Shown piece after piece: positions 37,681-47,501 of a DNA stretch of 64,000 nucleotides. Each line of letters starts with the position of its first letter. Position 1 is the stretch's first letter. The notes under the pieces are model-generated. The model was not told the DNA's origin and ran no database searches. It saw only the letters and a program-made list of their open reading frames with translations. Origin of the DNA: Pseudobdellovibrionaceae bacterium (GTDB lineage Bacteria; Bdellovibrionota; Bdellovibrionia; Bdellovibrionales; Bdellovibrionaceae); the NCBI GenBank assembly GCA_039810425.1, contig JBDHWW010000003.1, positions 80,206 through 144,205 on the forward strand. The letters run 5' to 3'. The position numbers and the translations under genes were made by a program.

Positions 37681-38583
37681 ATGCAGGATTTCATTCAGCA
37701 CTTGATTAACGGCATTAGCCTCGGAAGCATTTACGCATTAATCGCTCTTGGCTATACGATGGTGTATGGAATCATGCAGATGATCAACTTCGCCCATGCA
37801 GATGTTTACATGGTGGGCGCGTTTACCGCGTATTATACGGCAAAATGGATGGGCCTGGAAAATTCGCCCGGCCTTTCCACTTTTGCGATCTTGTTGGCCG
37901 CGGCCATGGTTGTTTGCAGCCTCTTGGGGGTTGCGATTGAACGCTTTGCTTATCGTCCTCTCCGTCACTCTCCGAAGCTGAATGTTTTGATTACTGCTAT
38001 CGGTGTGAGTTTACTTTTAGAATTTTCTGGCCAAGTTATTTTTGGCGCCGATCCCAAAGTCTTTCCTGAAGTCATGAAAGATTTTGTGATCAGCAGCTTC
38101 GGCGGCATCGACTTGAAATCGTCTGATATCACCGTTCTCGGAGTCAGCCTCATTGCCATGGTGGCTTTGACCTTCATCATTCAGAAAACTAAAACCGGAC
38201 GCGCAATGCGCGCTGTGAGCACAAATGCCCCGGTAGCAGCGATGCTTGGAGTCAATACAAATAGAATTATTTCTTTCACTTTCATCGTGGGCTCTTCGCT
38301 TGCCGCGATTGGCAGTATCCTTGTCGGCATGAAGTATCCCAAGATCGAGCCGCTCATGGGAATGATGATCGGGATGAAGGCTTTTGTGGCCGCAGTTCTC
38401 GGCGGCATCGGCAATATCCAAGGTGCGGTTCTCGGCGCATTGATCATGGGGCTTTCGGAAGAAATGGTTGTCGCTTACTTATCCAGTACGTATCGTGATG
38501 CTTTGGCTTTCGGTATCTTGATCATTATCCTGATTCTGAAGCCGGCAGGCCTTCTCGGAAAGTACACGGTGGAAAAAGTATGA
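37681..38583 (+). CDS. livH: BCAA ABC transporter permease
   Basis: INGISLGSIYALIALGYTMVYG, NFAH, AAVLGGIG. Confidence 0.93.
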   Translation: MQDFIQHLINGISLGSIYALIALGYTMVYGIMQMINFAHADVYMVGAFTAYYTAKWMGLENSPGLSTFAILLAAAMVVCSLLGVAIERFAYRPLRHSPKLNVLITAIGVSLLLEFSGQVIFGADPKVFPEVMKDFVISSFGGIDLKSSDITVLGVSLIAMVALTFIIQKTKTGRAMRAVSTNAPVAAMLGVNTNRIISFTFIVGSSLAAIGSILVGMKYPKIEPLMGMMIGMKAFVAAVLGGIGNIQGAVLGALIMGLSEEMVVAYLSSTYRDALAFGILIIILILKPAGLLGKYTVEKV

Positions 38584-39545
38584 TTCGCGCTTTTAAAGCC
38601 CCTCTGGCTTCGCTAATCATATTACTTGTTCTTGGTTTGATTCTCGATTTTGGTTTTAACGCCTATATTCAACTGATGACTCTGTTTGTAATCATCAATG
38701 CGATCATGGCCATGAGTCTAAACCTCGTCAATGGTTATACCGGTCAGTTTTCCCTGGGCCACGCGGGCTTTATGGCGATCGGTGCTTATGTGGCTGCTTT
38801 CTTGAGCACCACCTACCCGTTCTTTGCCACTCCGTTTGGGATCATTTTTACTTCTATCGGTGGCGGTTTACTGGCGGCCTTTGCGGGCTGGCTTGTGGGC
38901 CTGCCTTCTTTACGCTTAAAAGGCGACTACCTTGCGATCGTAACCTTGGGCTTTGGTGAAATCATTCGCGTCGCACTTTTGAATATGGAATCGCTGGGCG
39001 GCGCGCGCGGGATTTCGGGTATTCCTTCCTTTCCGAATTTTCTCACAAGCTATAGCTATGCAACTATTTGGGCTTTGATTTGTTTTTTTGTGATTTGGCG
39101 CTTGGTTCAAAGCAGCCACGGCCGGGGGTTCTTGAGCGTACGCGAGGACGAAATCGCCGCCCAAGCCATGGGCATCAACACGACGCAAATGAAAGTGCGT
39201 GCTTTCGTTCTTTCAAGCTTCTTTGCCGGTGTGGCCGGTTCTTTGTTCTCATACGTCACTAATTTCATTAGCCCTTCGACGTTTACATTCCTATTGAGCG
39301 TGAATGCGGTCATCATGGTGGTTCTCGGTGGCATGGGGAGTATGACGGGCTCGATTGCCGCGGCGGTGTTTATTACAGCGATGCCGGAGCTTTTGCGCTC
39401 TTTGCAAGACATTACCAGCATTGACTTGCGCATGGTGATTTATTCTTTATTGCTGATTCTCGTAATGATTCTTCGACCTAAGGGCCTCTTCGGCGAAAAT
39501 GAAATTACCGACATTTGGAGAAAATATGTCCGCAAATCTGCTTGA
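38580..39545 (+). CDS. livM: BCAA ABC transporter permease
   Basis: GYTGQFSLGHAGF, LRLKGDYLAIVTLGFGEI. Confidence 0.93.
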   Translation: MIRAFKAPLASLIILLVLGLILDFGFNAYIQLMTLFVIINAIMAMSLNLVNGYTGQFSLGHAGFMAIGAYVAAFLSTTYPFFATPFGIIFTSIGGGLLAAFAGWLVGLPSLRLKGDYLAIVTLGFGEIIRVALLNMESLGGARGISGIPSFPNFLTSYSYATIWALICFFVIWRLVQSSHGRGFLSVREDEIAAQAMGINTTQMKVRAFVLSSFFAGVAGSLFSYVTNFISPSTFTFLLSVNAVIMVVLGGMGSMTGSIAAAVFITAMPELLRSLQDITSIDLRMVIYSLLLILVMILRPKGLFGENEITDIWRKYVRKSA

Positions 39546-40296
39546 AGTGAAAAACATCACCATGCAGTTCGGCGGCCTGAAGGCCGTGGAATCGCTTTCG
39601 TTTTCAATTCCAAAAGGACAGCTGGCTGGTTTGATCGGCCCTAACGGCGCTGGTAAAACAACGGTTTTTAATATGCTGACCGGTGTTTATCAGCCAACAA
39701 AAGGTGAAATCCTTTTGAATGGCCAGAACCTTGTCGGCAAGAAGCCTTACCAAATTTCCCACTTGGGGATGACCCGCACGTTTCAGAACATCCGCTTGTT
39801 TAAAAACCTGACCGTGCTAGAAAACGTTTTGATTGCGACGCATCAGCACGTCAGCTATGGCTGGCGCGATTCTGTTTTGCTGAACAAGAAATTCCAAATA
39901 CAAGAAGCTGAAATGCATGACAAGGCGAGGTCGTTGTTAAAAATCTTTCATCTTGAAAGCAAAGCTCGGGAAAAGGCCGGTTCACTGCCTTATGGTGAAC
40001 AGCGAAAACTGGAGATCGTGCGCGCGATGGCAACCGATCCAAGCCTCATTTTGCTGGACGAGCCCGCCGCTGGCATGAATCACTCTGAGACCCATCATTT
40101 AATGGAGACCATCGCTAAGATCCGTCAAGATTTCAAACTGACGATTCTTTTGATTGAACACGATATGAAACTTGTCATGGGTATTTGTGAAAATATCACG
40201 GTGATTGATCATGGAGTCAAAATCGAAGAAGGCGTGGCCAAGAAGATCCAAACTTCAGAAAGAGTGATTCAAGCCTACCTAGGGGTTGAAGCATGA
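39526..40296 (+). CDS. livG: BCAA ABC transporter ATPase
   Basis: GPNGAGKTT, RTFQN, LPYG, LDEPAAG. Confidence 0.93.
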   Translation: MSANLLEVKNITMQFGGLKAVESLSFSIPKGQLAGLIGPNGAGKTTVFNMLTGVYQPTKGEILLNGQNLVGKKPYQISHLGMTRTFQNIRLFKNLTVLENVLIATHQHVSYGWRDSVLLNKKFQIQEAEMHDKARSLLKIFHLESKAREKAGSLPYGEQRKLEIVRAMATDPSLILLDEPAAGMNHSETHHLMETIAKIRQDFKLTILLIEHDMKLVMGICENITVIDHGVKIEEGVAKKIQTSERVIQAYLGVEA

Positions 40297-41006
40297 GCCG
40301 CGTCCTAATGAGTGTCCAGCATTTGGAAGTCTACTACGGCGCCATTCACGCGGTGAAAGGCCTTGATTTTGAAGTCCATGAAGGTGAAATCGTTTCTTTG
40401 ATCGGCAGCAATGGGGCGGGCAAAACCACCACCCTGCGTGCCATCTGCGGGTTGGCAGAGGCTCAAGGCAAAGTGATACTCGATGGAAAGCCTTTATTGG
40501 ATATCCCCGTGCATGAGCGTGTTCACCATGGAATCGCACAATCCCCTGAGGGGCGCGGTATTTTTCAGAACCTCACCGTGCTTGAGAATTTGCAAATGGG
40601 TGCTTACTCGCGCAAAGACAAGCCACAAATCCTTAAAGACCTTGAGTATTGCTATACGCTCTTTCCGCGCTTGAAAGAACGTGTACACCAGGTGGCCGGA
40701 ACTCTTTCTGGGGGCGAACAACAGATGCTGGCGATTTCACGCGCCATTATGTGTAAACCGAAATTGTTGCTGCTGGATGAGCCTTCTTTGGGCCTGGCTC
40801 CCAAGATCGTTTCTCAGATCTTTGAGATTATTAAAAAGCTCAACTCCGGAGGCATGACGATCTTGCTGGTCGAACAAAACGCCAATCAAGCGTTGAAGAT
40901 CGCTCATCGTGCGTATGTGCTTGAAACCGGCCGTATTACTCTCAGCGGCTCGGGCCAGGACCTTTTAAAGAACGATGAAGTTCGTAAGAGCTACCTCGGC
41001 GTCTAA
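40293..41006 (+). CDS. livF: BCAA ABC transporter ATPase
   Basis: GSNGAGKTT, PEGR, LSGGEQQM, LDEPSLGLAP. Confidence 0.93.
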   Translation: MSRVLMSVQHLEVYYGAIHAVKGLDFEVHEGEIVSLIGSNGAGKTTTLRAICGLAEAQGKVILDGKPLLDIPVHERVHHGIAQSPEGRGIFQNLTVLENLQMGAYSRKDKPQILKDLEYCYTLFPRLKERVHQVAGTLSGGEQQMLAISRAIMCKPKLLLLDEPSLGLAPKIVSQIFEIIKKLNSGGMTILLVEQNANQALKIAHRAYVLETGRITLSGSGQDLLKNDEVRKSYLGV

Positions 41007-41065
41007 CCGATATTTTTTTGCAAACCCGGCCATCTATTCAGAACAGAGCTCTTTCACTCGGCCGG

Positions 41066-41482
41066 CTACTGGATTTCCGTCTTTTCGACGATGCCCCAAG
41101 TGCCGCCCGTCTTTTTCAGCTTCAGGTTGTAATGCTTGGTTTCCATTTTTTCAGCGATTTTAGCTTTCCAGTCTTTGCCAGAAATAGCCACGAGCTCAGG
41201 ATAAACGGACTTCGAGAACGTCACAACCGTAAGTTTTGCGGTGGCATCATTGTCGCCTTGCAACTCAACGTCGCTGACATCAATTTGCGTATTCAACTTA
41301 ATGAAATCAGCAAAAATTTTCTGCTGTTCTTGATCGGCGAAGGTTGTTTTCGCGGCGCTTTGAGCTTCATTATCAAAGGCCTCTGCAGACATCACTAAAG
41401 CGCGGTTCTTCACGCCCATTTTAGTGCAGCCAGTGAAAGCCAAAAGAAAACCCATCGAAATCAGTGCAATAAGCTTTTTCAT
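41066..41482 (-). CDS. Small lipoprotein, unknown function
   Basis: Lipobox FTG-C; C-terminal LKK.GGTW.I typical of NTF2-like lipoproteins. Confidence 0.75.
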   Translation of the reverse strand: MKKLIALISMGFLLAFTGCTKMGVKNRALVMSAEAFDNEAQSAAKTTFADQEQQKIFADFIKLNTQIDVSDVELQGDNDATAKLTVVTFSKSVYPELVAISGKDWKAKIAEKMETKHYNLKLKKTGGTWGIVEKTEIQ

Positions 41483-41527
41483 GGCCCCAAACTAGGCCTA
41501 TCCGGGGGGATTTTCAAGCGACAAAAC

Positions 41528-41562
41528 AAAAAAACCCCTCGAGTCATCACTCCCGAGGGGTT
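41528..41562 (-). terminator. Terminator after flgE
   Basis: Minus strand AACCCCTCG...CGAGGGGTT followed by T-tract. Confidence 0.8.
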
Positions 41563-41605
41563 GAGGTCATTACTTACTTATTACCTACGAACTATGTGCT
41601 GCTCA

Positions 41606-42889
41606 CTATCTCTTCAACTGAATCACTTCGTTCAGCAATTCGTCAGTCGTCGTGATCGTTTTCGCGTTGGCTTGGAAGCCACGTTGGTTTTGGATCATGT
41701 TTACGAACTCTGTTGCCAAGTCGACCGTAGAACGCTCCAGAGACTTCGCGAAGAGCTTACCGCGGCCTGAAGAACCTGGAGCGCCCATTGATGGACCACC
41801 AGAATCACGGGACTCTTTCAAGCGGTTGTTACCAACTTTAAAGAGAGCTTCTGGATTCTCGAACTTGGCCAGTGCGATCTGTGCCAAGTCAGAGGCCTGG
41901 CCGTTTGAGTAAACTGCCGTCAAATTCCCTTCGTCATTGAAAGACAATGAAGTGATCGTACCGGCCGCCGCACCATCTTGATGCCAGCTGATCAAGTCAG
42001 AGTTCTTACCGTACTGCTTAGTACCGTCCAGACCCTTGCCGCCTTCCGCAATCGCATCACCGAAGTTTAATTTAATTTTTTGATTTTGCAGGGCGCCGCC
42101 TTTGAAGTTGAACTGAGAGTCCGTCACTTCTTGGCTGTCAAGTTTGCCGTCAACCGTGAATTTCAATTTACCTTCACAAACTTGGGACAAAGCACCCTCT
42201 TCACCACCAGAAACCTCTTTGCCGTCAACCATGCCGTGGAAAGACCATTCTCGGTCCGCTGTCTTATTGAAGAACATGCTGAGCAAGTGCTTGTTACCCT
42301 GCGAATCGTACATCTCAACGCCCGTAGAGTAGTGAGACGTCGAATACGGATCTTTGCTATCGAATTTCTTAGTGGCCTCCATGCGGGAATCCAAGTTCAG
42401 ATCCAACTTCACTTCCGTTGTGCCTTTTGCCGGAATGAGAGCGCGTGGGAACTTGATATCAGCCATTTTGTTCAAGATATTGCCTTTTTCGTCCGCTTGG
42501 AAACCTTGAACACGTTGATTGTCATTTGTTACGAGGTAACCTTCTTTATCAAAGTGGAAAGAACCATCACGAGTGAATGAGTCACCATCCGAACCACGAA
42601 CTTTGAAGTAACCGTCGCCAGAGACCGCCAAGTCAGTAACCTTTTCCGTCGCATCCACGTTACCTTGGGAAAGGATGGGATTCACCGCGCCGATCTTCAC
42701 ACCACGACCGATTTGGTTACCGCCGAGAATACCTTTTAAGTTCTTAGAGATAATATCTTGGAATTCCGCGCGGCTTGCTTTGAAGCCAATCGTATTTGCA
42801 TTGGCGATATTGTCAGAGATGACCCCCAAGGCTTCACCTTGAGCGGACATACCAGAGACACCTGTGTACAGTGATGAAAGAATACCCAT
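41606..42889 (-). CDS. flgE: Flagellar hook protein
   Basis: NIANANTIGFKASR, DLAVSGDGYF, TRDGSF, LERSTVDLATEF..MI..QRGFQANAK. Confidence 0.96.
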   Translation of the reverse strand: MGILSSLYTGVSGMSAQGEALGVISDNIANANTIGFKASRAEFQDIISKNLKGILGGNQIGRGVKIGAVNPILSQGNVDATEKVTDLAVSGDGYFKVRGSDGDSFTRDGSFHFDKEGYLVTNDNQRVQGFQADEKGNILNKMADIKFPRALIPAKGTTEVKLDLNLDSRMEATKKFDSKDPYSTSHYSTGVEMYDSQGNKHLLSMFFNKTADREWSFHGMVDGKEVSGGEEGALSQVCEGKLKFTVDGKLDSQEVTDSQFNFKGGALQNQKIKLNFGDAIAEGGKGLDGTKQYGKNSDLISWHQDGAAAGTITSLSFNDEGNLTAVYSNGQASDLAQIALAKFENPEALFKVGNNRLKESRDSGGPSMGAPGSSGRGKLFAKSLERSTVDLATEFVNMIQNQRGFQANAKTITTTDELLNEVIQLKR

Positions 42890-42965
42890 ATGACCTCCAT
42901 GTCATTCGACGTCTTCATTCGGAATCCGTCGTATTTTGGAGGGCCCCCTCAATGAGGTCCGGCCC
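42890..42965 (-). promoter_or_regulatory. Three-hairpin cis-regulatory RNA leader of flgE with the SD in a CsrA-type loop
   Basis: GGGCC-GGA-CCTC-ATT-GAGG-G-GGCCC; CGACG-GA-TTC-CGAAT-GAA-GA-CGTCG; ATGAC-ATGGAG-GTCAT immediately before ATG. Confidence 0.65.
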
Positions 42966-43021
42966 TATTATTAAATTTTTCTCAAGCCAGCGATATTCGA
43001 CCGCCCGCCTGTTTTCTTATT

Positions 43022-43447
43022 TTACATTACAATCGTGCTGTCGATGTTTGTGAACACGTTCTCTTTAAGCGCATTCTTATCCATCACGGTCACGACTGTA
43101 TTGTTCTTCACACTCACGATCAAAGCTGAATCGTTCATCAAGATCAGCGAGTCTTTAGAACCTTTTGCAGCTGCCTTGCCAACCGCTTCACTCAGTCTTG
43201 AGATATCCTCAGGACTGAAAGTGATCCCACGCGTTCTCATTCTGTCCACCGCGTGATTTGAAAACTTAATCCCTTCCTTGATCGCCGTTTGCGCGGCTCC
43301 TTGTTGAGCGGGGCCCTGTAAATTGCCCAAACTGTTCAAGGTGTCTTGGAAGGAAGGCCCGACATTTTTTCCTACAGGGGACTTGAGTCCTCCCGTGGTC
43401 GTCGGCTGTGTTAAGCCTTCAAAGCCTTGTAGCTTCTTCAAGTCCAC
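43022..43447 (-). CDS. Flagellar operon protein (TIGR02530 family)
   Basis: KFSNHA..R...RGI, KGSKDSLIL, NNTVVT, ENVFTNIDS; located between flgD and flgE. Confidence 0.9.
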   Translation of the reverse strand: MDLKKLQGFEGLTQPTTTGGLKSPVGKNVGPSFQDTLNSLGNLQGPAQQGAAQTAIKEGIKFSNHAVDRMRTRGITFSPEDISRLSEAVGKAAAKGSKDSLILMNDSALIVSVKNNTVVTVMDKNALKENVFTNIDSTIVM

Positions 43448-44482
43448 TTACTTCATCTCCTTCGTTAGCTTCGCCATCATCTCTCTGGAGAGCCCCACAT
43501 TATCCATGATGTTGCTCTTCATCGGTGCGGCGGTGTTAGCTGCAACAGAAGGAGCTGCTTTGGTCGCAGACTCTTTACTTGCCTCTTTTTTAGTTTCTTC
43601 TGTTGGAGCGCCTTTCTTCAAGTCCTGTGCAGTAACATCTGTCACTTTCTGGTCGTTACTCATAAGGCTTGGGTCTGTAATCTTACGAACGTCGCGCATT
43701 TTTATCGATTGATTCCCGACCATTAGCACAGGGCCCTCAGGCGTGTAGTTGATACCCGTGATGATTCCATCGAAATCCGTTTTCACTGCAATCTTCTTTT
43801 CGCCTTGCTTGGCTTCGACCGCAAAACGATAGTCACCAGGATTCTGGTTCACGCCTTTGTCATTCTGACCATTCCAAGAAATTTTGTTCTCACCTTTCTT
43901 GAGGCCCTTCAGGTCGTAAGAGCGAACCACTTCACCATCCCCGTTGTACACCTTAACATTGACGTCAGTAGCATCCATCGGCAGATTGAATTTAAAATCA
44001 TGGTCTTTGTCATTCACGTTGCGAGTCACTTTCGATGAATCACCCGCCACCGCTTTTCCTATCAGGTTCAGCGCTTGATAGTTCTCTTGCGGCTTCATGC
44101 CGTTTTTCATCTCGCTCAATGTCGAATTCATATTCTGCATTTGCTCAAGACTTGAGAAGTTCGCCAGCTGCGCCGCCATTTCATGGCTCTTCAAAGGATT
44201 TGTCGGATCCTGATTTTTCATCTGGGCAATCATCAATTTGAAAAAAGCGTCTTTATCCAATTTGTCATTGCCGGCCGTTCTCATTTTCTTGGCAGGATCC
44301 ACCCAATTTGGATCCGCCAATTTGTTGAGCATATCTCCGACATTGCCATTTTGATCACCAAAGGCTTTTTGCTGGTCACCAACAGATAAATTACGGGTCT
44401 GATTATTCATCTCCGCCGTTGGCACCGTCCCTTGGATGTCACCAAACGCCTTCGTTCCTAATTTCACTCCCATTGTACCCAT
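43448..44482 (-). CDS. flgD: Flagellar hook capping protein
   Basis: LDKDAFFKLMIAQMKNQDPTNP, AQLANFSSLEQ. Confidence 0.95.
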   Translation of the reverse strand: MGTMGVKLGTKAFGDIQGTVPTAEMNNQTRNLSVGDQQKAFGDQNGNVGDMLNKLADPNWVDPAKKMRTAGNDKLDKDAFFKLMIAQMKNQDPTNPLKSHEMAAQLANFSSLEQMQNMNSTLSEMKNGMKPQENYQALNLIGKAVAGDSSKVTRNVNDKDHDFKFNLPMDATDVNVKVYNGDGEVVRSYDLKGLKKGENKISWNGQNDKGVNQNPGDYRFAVEAKQGEKKIAVKTDFDGIITGINYTPEGPVLMVGNQSIKMRDVRKITDPSLMSNDQKVTDVTAQDLKKGAPTEETKKEASKESATKAAPSVAANTAAPMKSNIMDNVGLSREMMAKLTKEMK

Positions 44483-44508
44483 TTAAAACCACCCTTCCTT
44501 GGATGTTA

Positions 44509-46401
44509 TTACGCTACGAGATTCAGGCCCTTACCTTTGCCAGCCGCCGCGTATTTATTTACGCTCGCAGTTTCAACCGGCTCGATGCCTTTATCAGAAC
44601 GTGGACGCGGGTAGCCCCTCAAGCTTGGAATATCTACGAATGAACTGCGGTCTTGGTTGCCCGAGCCGAAGTTGTCACCGAAATTATTCCAGAACTGGCG
44701 AGTTTGTTCTCGCGAGCCAGAGTTATTCTGATTCATCTGGTTTTGCGCACTGTTGTCGGTATTGGCATTACCCACAACATCTATCTTAACATGATCCATC
44801 GAAAGTTTGTGAGCCGCCAAGCTATTTTTCAGATCGGAAAGGCCGCTTTCCAGAGTTTTCTTGGCCTCTTGCGTATCTGCCGCCATCTGAACATTCACCT
44901 TGCCGTCTTGAACCAGGACTTTCATATTGATCTTGCCCAAACCCTCTGGAGTCATCTCGACGTTCATCTCACCGCCACCCTTTTTAATCAGGTATTGGGC
45001 TTGATCCATAATCTGCTTGATGTTGGCTTCATTCTCCGTTTTCGTCGCTACCGGGGCAGCTTGGGCTCCTGCGACCGCCACACTCCCCACTAAAGCTTCT
45101 TGCTTCAACGGAACGTGCTGAGATTGAAGTCCTTCCAGTCCGAGAGTTTGCTTAAAGTCAGCCTTCTCTGCAGATTTGGTTTTTGCTTCGAGCCCCCCTT
45201 TCGCAGTCCGGGCTGCGGAAGGATGACCTTCGCCTTGCCCTTGCATATTCTGCTGAGAATTCTTGCCAAACTCAAACCCCTTGGCTTGGTTTTGCGATGT
45301 GGCCTCGATGCTTGTCGCATCGGCTTTCATCGGCATTCTACCATGAGCGTTCTCGCTGCTTGGCGCGGCGCTGGATGTGTCCTCAAATTCTGAAGCCATA
45401 TCCGTCATCTCGGCACGTCCCTTTGCCGCACGAGCCGTCGCAACGAGAGCGGCCAAGGCCACTTCTGGAGAGTTATCCCCCTCGCTGGTCTCCATCGTGC
45501 TCTGCGCCGCCGGGTTTTGCAATTCCACGACCGGCTGTTGCGGGCGCTGATTCATCAGGCTCTCATCAATCTGCAAACCTTGCGGCTGCATGATCTTGTC
45601 CTGAATACTCATCTGCGCGAGTTTGTCTGCAAGGGGCGTGTCCATGCCTGTCGCGACATGATCCACGGCCCCACCCTTCATCCAAAACTTCTGATTCATG
45701 CTATCAAGGGACTGATTCAAAGCATTGCGCTTATCCTGAGCCGACGCAAACCGGTCGCGCGAAAGCCCCATGGTGGCCGTCGCCCCGCCGAACATAGGTT
45801 GCGTCGCCTGCTCAGGTTTCTGAGGTCGTGGTTCCACCTTGGAAATTTGCGCAAGTTGAGCAAGCAAACCCATATACATAGACTTGGCCTGATCTTCTTG
45901 TTGATCATCCAAATCCAACTGGCCAATCACTTGGTCCGCTGTCGCTTCTGGGGATTCCACTTGGTCATCAGCTTTGAGATTTGCCATCGCCTCCACGATC
46001 TTTGTGGGAGGGACACCGAATTCACTCTCGAAAGAGTCCATGAAGTTCAGTATCGCATTTTCTCTCTGACTAGTCCCTTTGCTTTTCTTTTGTACCCCGT
46101 TATCTTTTGTCGCCGCTACTTTTTCGGCCTTCTCATCTGATTCTCGTCGCTCAGCTCTCGGTGGTCTCTCTGCCGTATCCGTCTTATCGGCTTTGAGTGG
46201 AACTCTTTCGCGCATCGGAACTTTTTCGTCCCTGTCTTTGGCTTTCGGTGCAACCGGTGCTGTTTTTGCACTCAGTACACTGCCAAAGGAATCAGACCCG
46301 GCTTTCTTCTCGTCTCTTGGGTTCTGCGCTTTCGCGCTCTCCTCAGGAGCCTTGAAGTCGGCGACACCCTTTAAGGGGGGTCCGACAATTGATGGTAACA
46401 A
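44509..46401 (-). CDS. fliK: Flagellar hook-length control protein
   Basis: Long disordered N-terminus plus C-terminal MTPEGLGKINMKV domain; lies upstream of flgD. Confidence 0.85.
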   Translation of the reverse strand: MLPSIVGPPLKGVADFKAPEESAKAQNPRDEKKAGSDSFGSVLSAKTAPVAPKAKDRDEKVPMRERVPLKADKTDTAERPPRAERRESDEKAEKVAATKDNGVQKKSKGTSQRENAILNFMDSFESEFGVPPTKIVEAMANLKADDQVESPEATADQVIGQLDLDDQQEDQAKSMYMGLLAQLAQISKVEPRPQKPEQATQPMFGGATATMGLSRDRFASAQDKRNALNQSLDSMNQKFWMKGGAVDHVATGMDTPLADKLAQMSIQDKIMQPQGLQIDESLMNQRPQQPVVELQNPAAQSTMETSEGDNSPEVALAALVATARAAKGRAEMTDMASEFEDTSSAAPSSENAHGRMPMKADATSIEATSQNQAKGFEFGKNSQQNMQGQGEGHPSAARTAKGGLEAKTKSAEKADFKQTLGLEGLQSQHVPLKQEALVGSVAVAGAQAAPVATKTENEANIKQIMDQAQYLIKKGGGEMNVEMTPEGLGKINMKVLVQDGKVNVQMAADTQEAKKTLESGLSDLKNSLAAHKLSMDHVKIDVVGNANTDNSAQNQMNQNNSGSREQTRQFWNNFGDNFGSGNQDRSSFVDIPSLRGYPRPRSDKGIEPVETASVNKYAAAGKGKGLNLVA

Positions 46402-46434
46402 AACACTTCCTCCTTCCTTGGAAAAAGACTCGTT

Positions 46435-47280
46435 CTATTTTCTTTTATACCCTGCAAACTTCTCAGAAAGGCTTTGAGCCTTATCTGGCTTTAACAGATT
46501 CATTATATCAGCGGCGTTTTTCTTTTTCATACGCCCAAGTATATCCACCGCCAAATCCTCGTCCATCGTCTCAAAGACTTTAGCCGCTTGTGGCGCCTTC
46601 ATATCCGAGTACATTTGGACCAAGGTGTCGATTTTCTTGTCGTCGCCTTTTACTTTCTCTTCAAGGACACTCGAGATGCCACGACGTACGTCCTCAAGAT
46701 CCTTCAAGCGTTTATCGAGCTCTTCTTTTTGCGCCGTCAGTTCCTGCTCCATGCGATTGAGTTCTTCTTCGCGCTCATCGAGTTCTTTTTTCCTGTCATT
46801 CAGCTTTGAAAGATGATCAATCTCTTCATCGCCAATGGCTTTCTTGCCGCCTTCGGCGAGAACAGCGTCATTCTTCGCAACTGCGGTTCCGCCCTCAGGA
46901 TTCGCAGCCGCTTTGTCTTTTGCCTCAGCAGCGGGCTTTGCTTTCGGCGCCTCTTCCGCGTTCGCAGACCCCAAGAATGAAATCTCGATGCGCTTTACGT
47001 AGTGCTCAACGAGTTCGTAGTTTTGAAAACCGTAAGCCGTCACCATCAAACCCATGAACGAAACGCCCATCATCTTCCAAGGAATGGATTTACGTTTTTT
47101 CTTTTTCTTGGTTGCCGTCGGCTTCATTCCCATGCGCAGCTTCAATTGTTTTTCGATATCTTCTTCTGAAAGTTCAAAGTGAACATTGGAAGTAGAGAAC
47201 TGACGAGTCGGTCGTGTGACTTCGCCGTCGTTCGCGGCTTTGCGGGCATTCTTGAAGAATTGATCGTATCCAGTTTTCAT
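46435..47280 (-). CDS. MotE/FlbB-like flagellar protein (coiled coil + MgtE_N-like domain)
   Basis: TM, coiled coil, LVQMYSDMKAPQAAKVFE.MDE.LAV.IL..M. Confidence 0.8.
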   Translation of the reverse strand: MKTGYDQFFKNARKAANDGEVTRPTRQFSTSNVHFELSEEDIEKQLKLRMGMKPTATKKKKKRKSIPWKMMGVSFMGLMVTAYGFQNYELVEHYVKRIEISFLGSANAEEAPKAKPAAEAKDKAAANPEGGTAVAKNDAVLAEGGKKAIGDEEIDHLSKLNDRKKELDEREEELNRMEQELTAQKEELDKRLKDLEDVRRGISSVLEEKVKGDDKKIDTLVQMYSDMKAPQAAKVFETMDEDLAVDILGRMKKKNAADIMNLLKPDKAQSLSEKFAGYKRK

Positions 47281-47501
47281 TACTTTCAGTTTATCGTTTG
47301 CTCACAATCTCCGCAAAAAATCCGCGCAAGACTCGACCAAATTGTTATTCCATACTCTGTCTATTTTACATCCCACCCAAGGTCTGGGAAAGCTCTCCCG
47401 TGTTGGCTTTCCAAGCCTTTGGTCATTTTATCTGATATCTGTCAGAATTTGCAAGCAAACCAATTAAAGTGTTTTTTAAAAACTACCGAGCAGAAGTTTA
47501 T

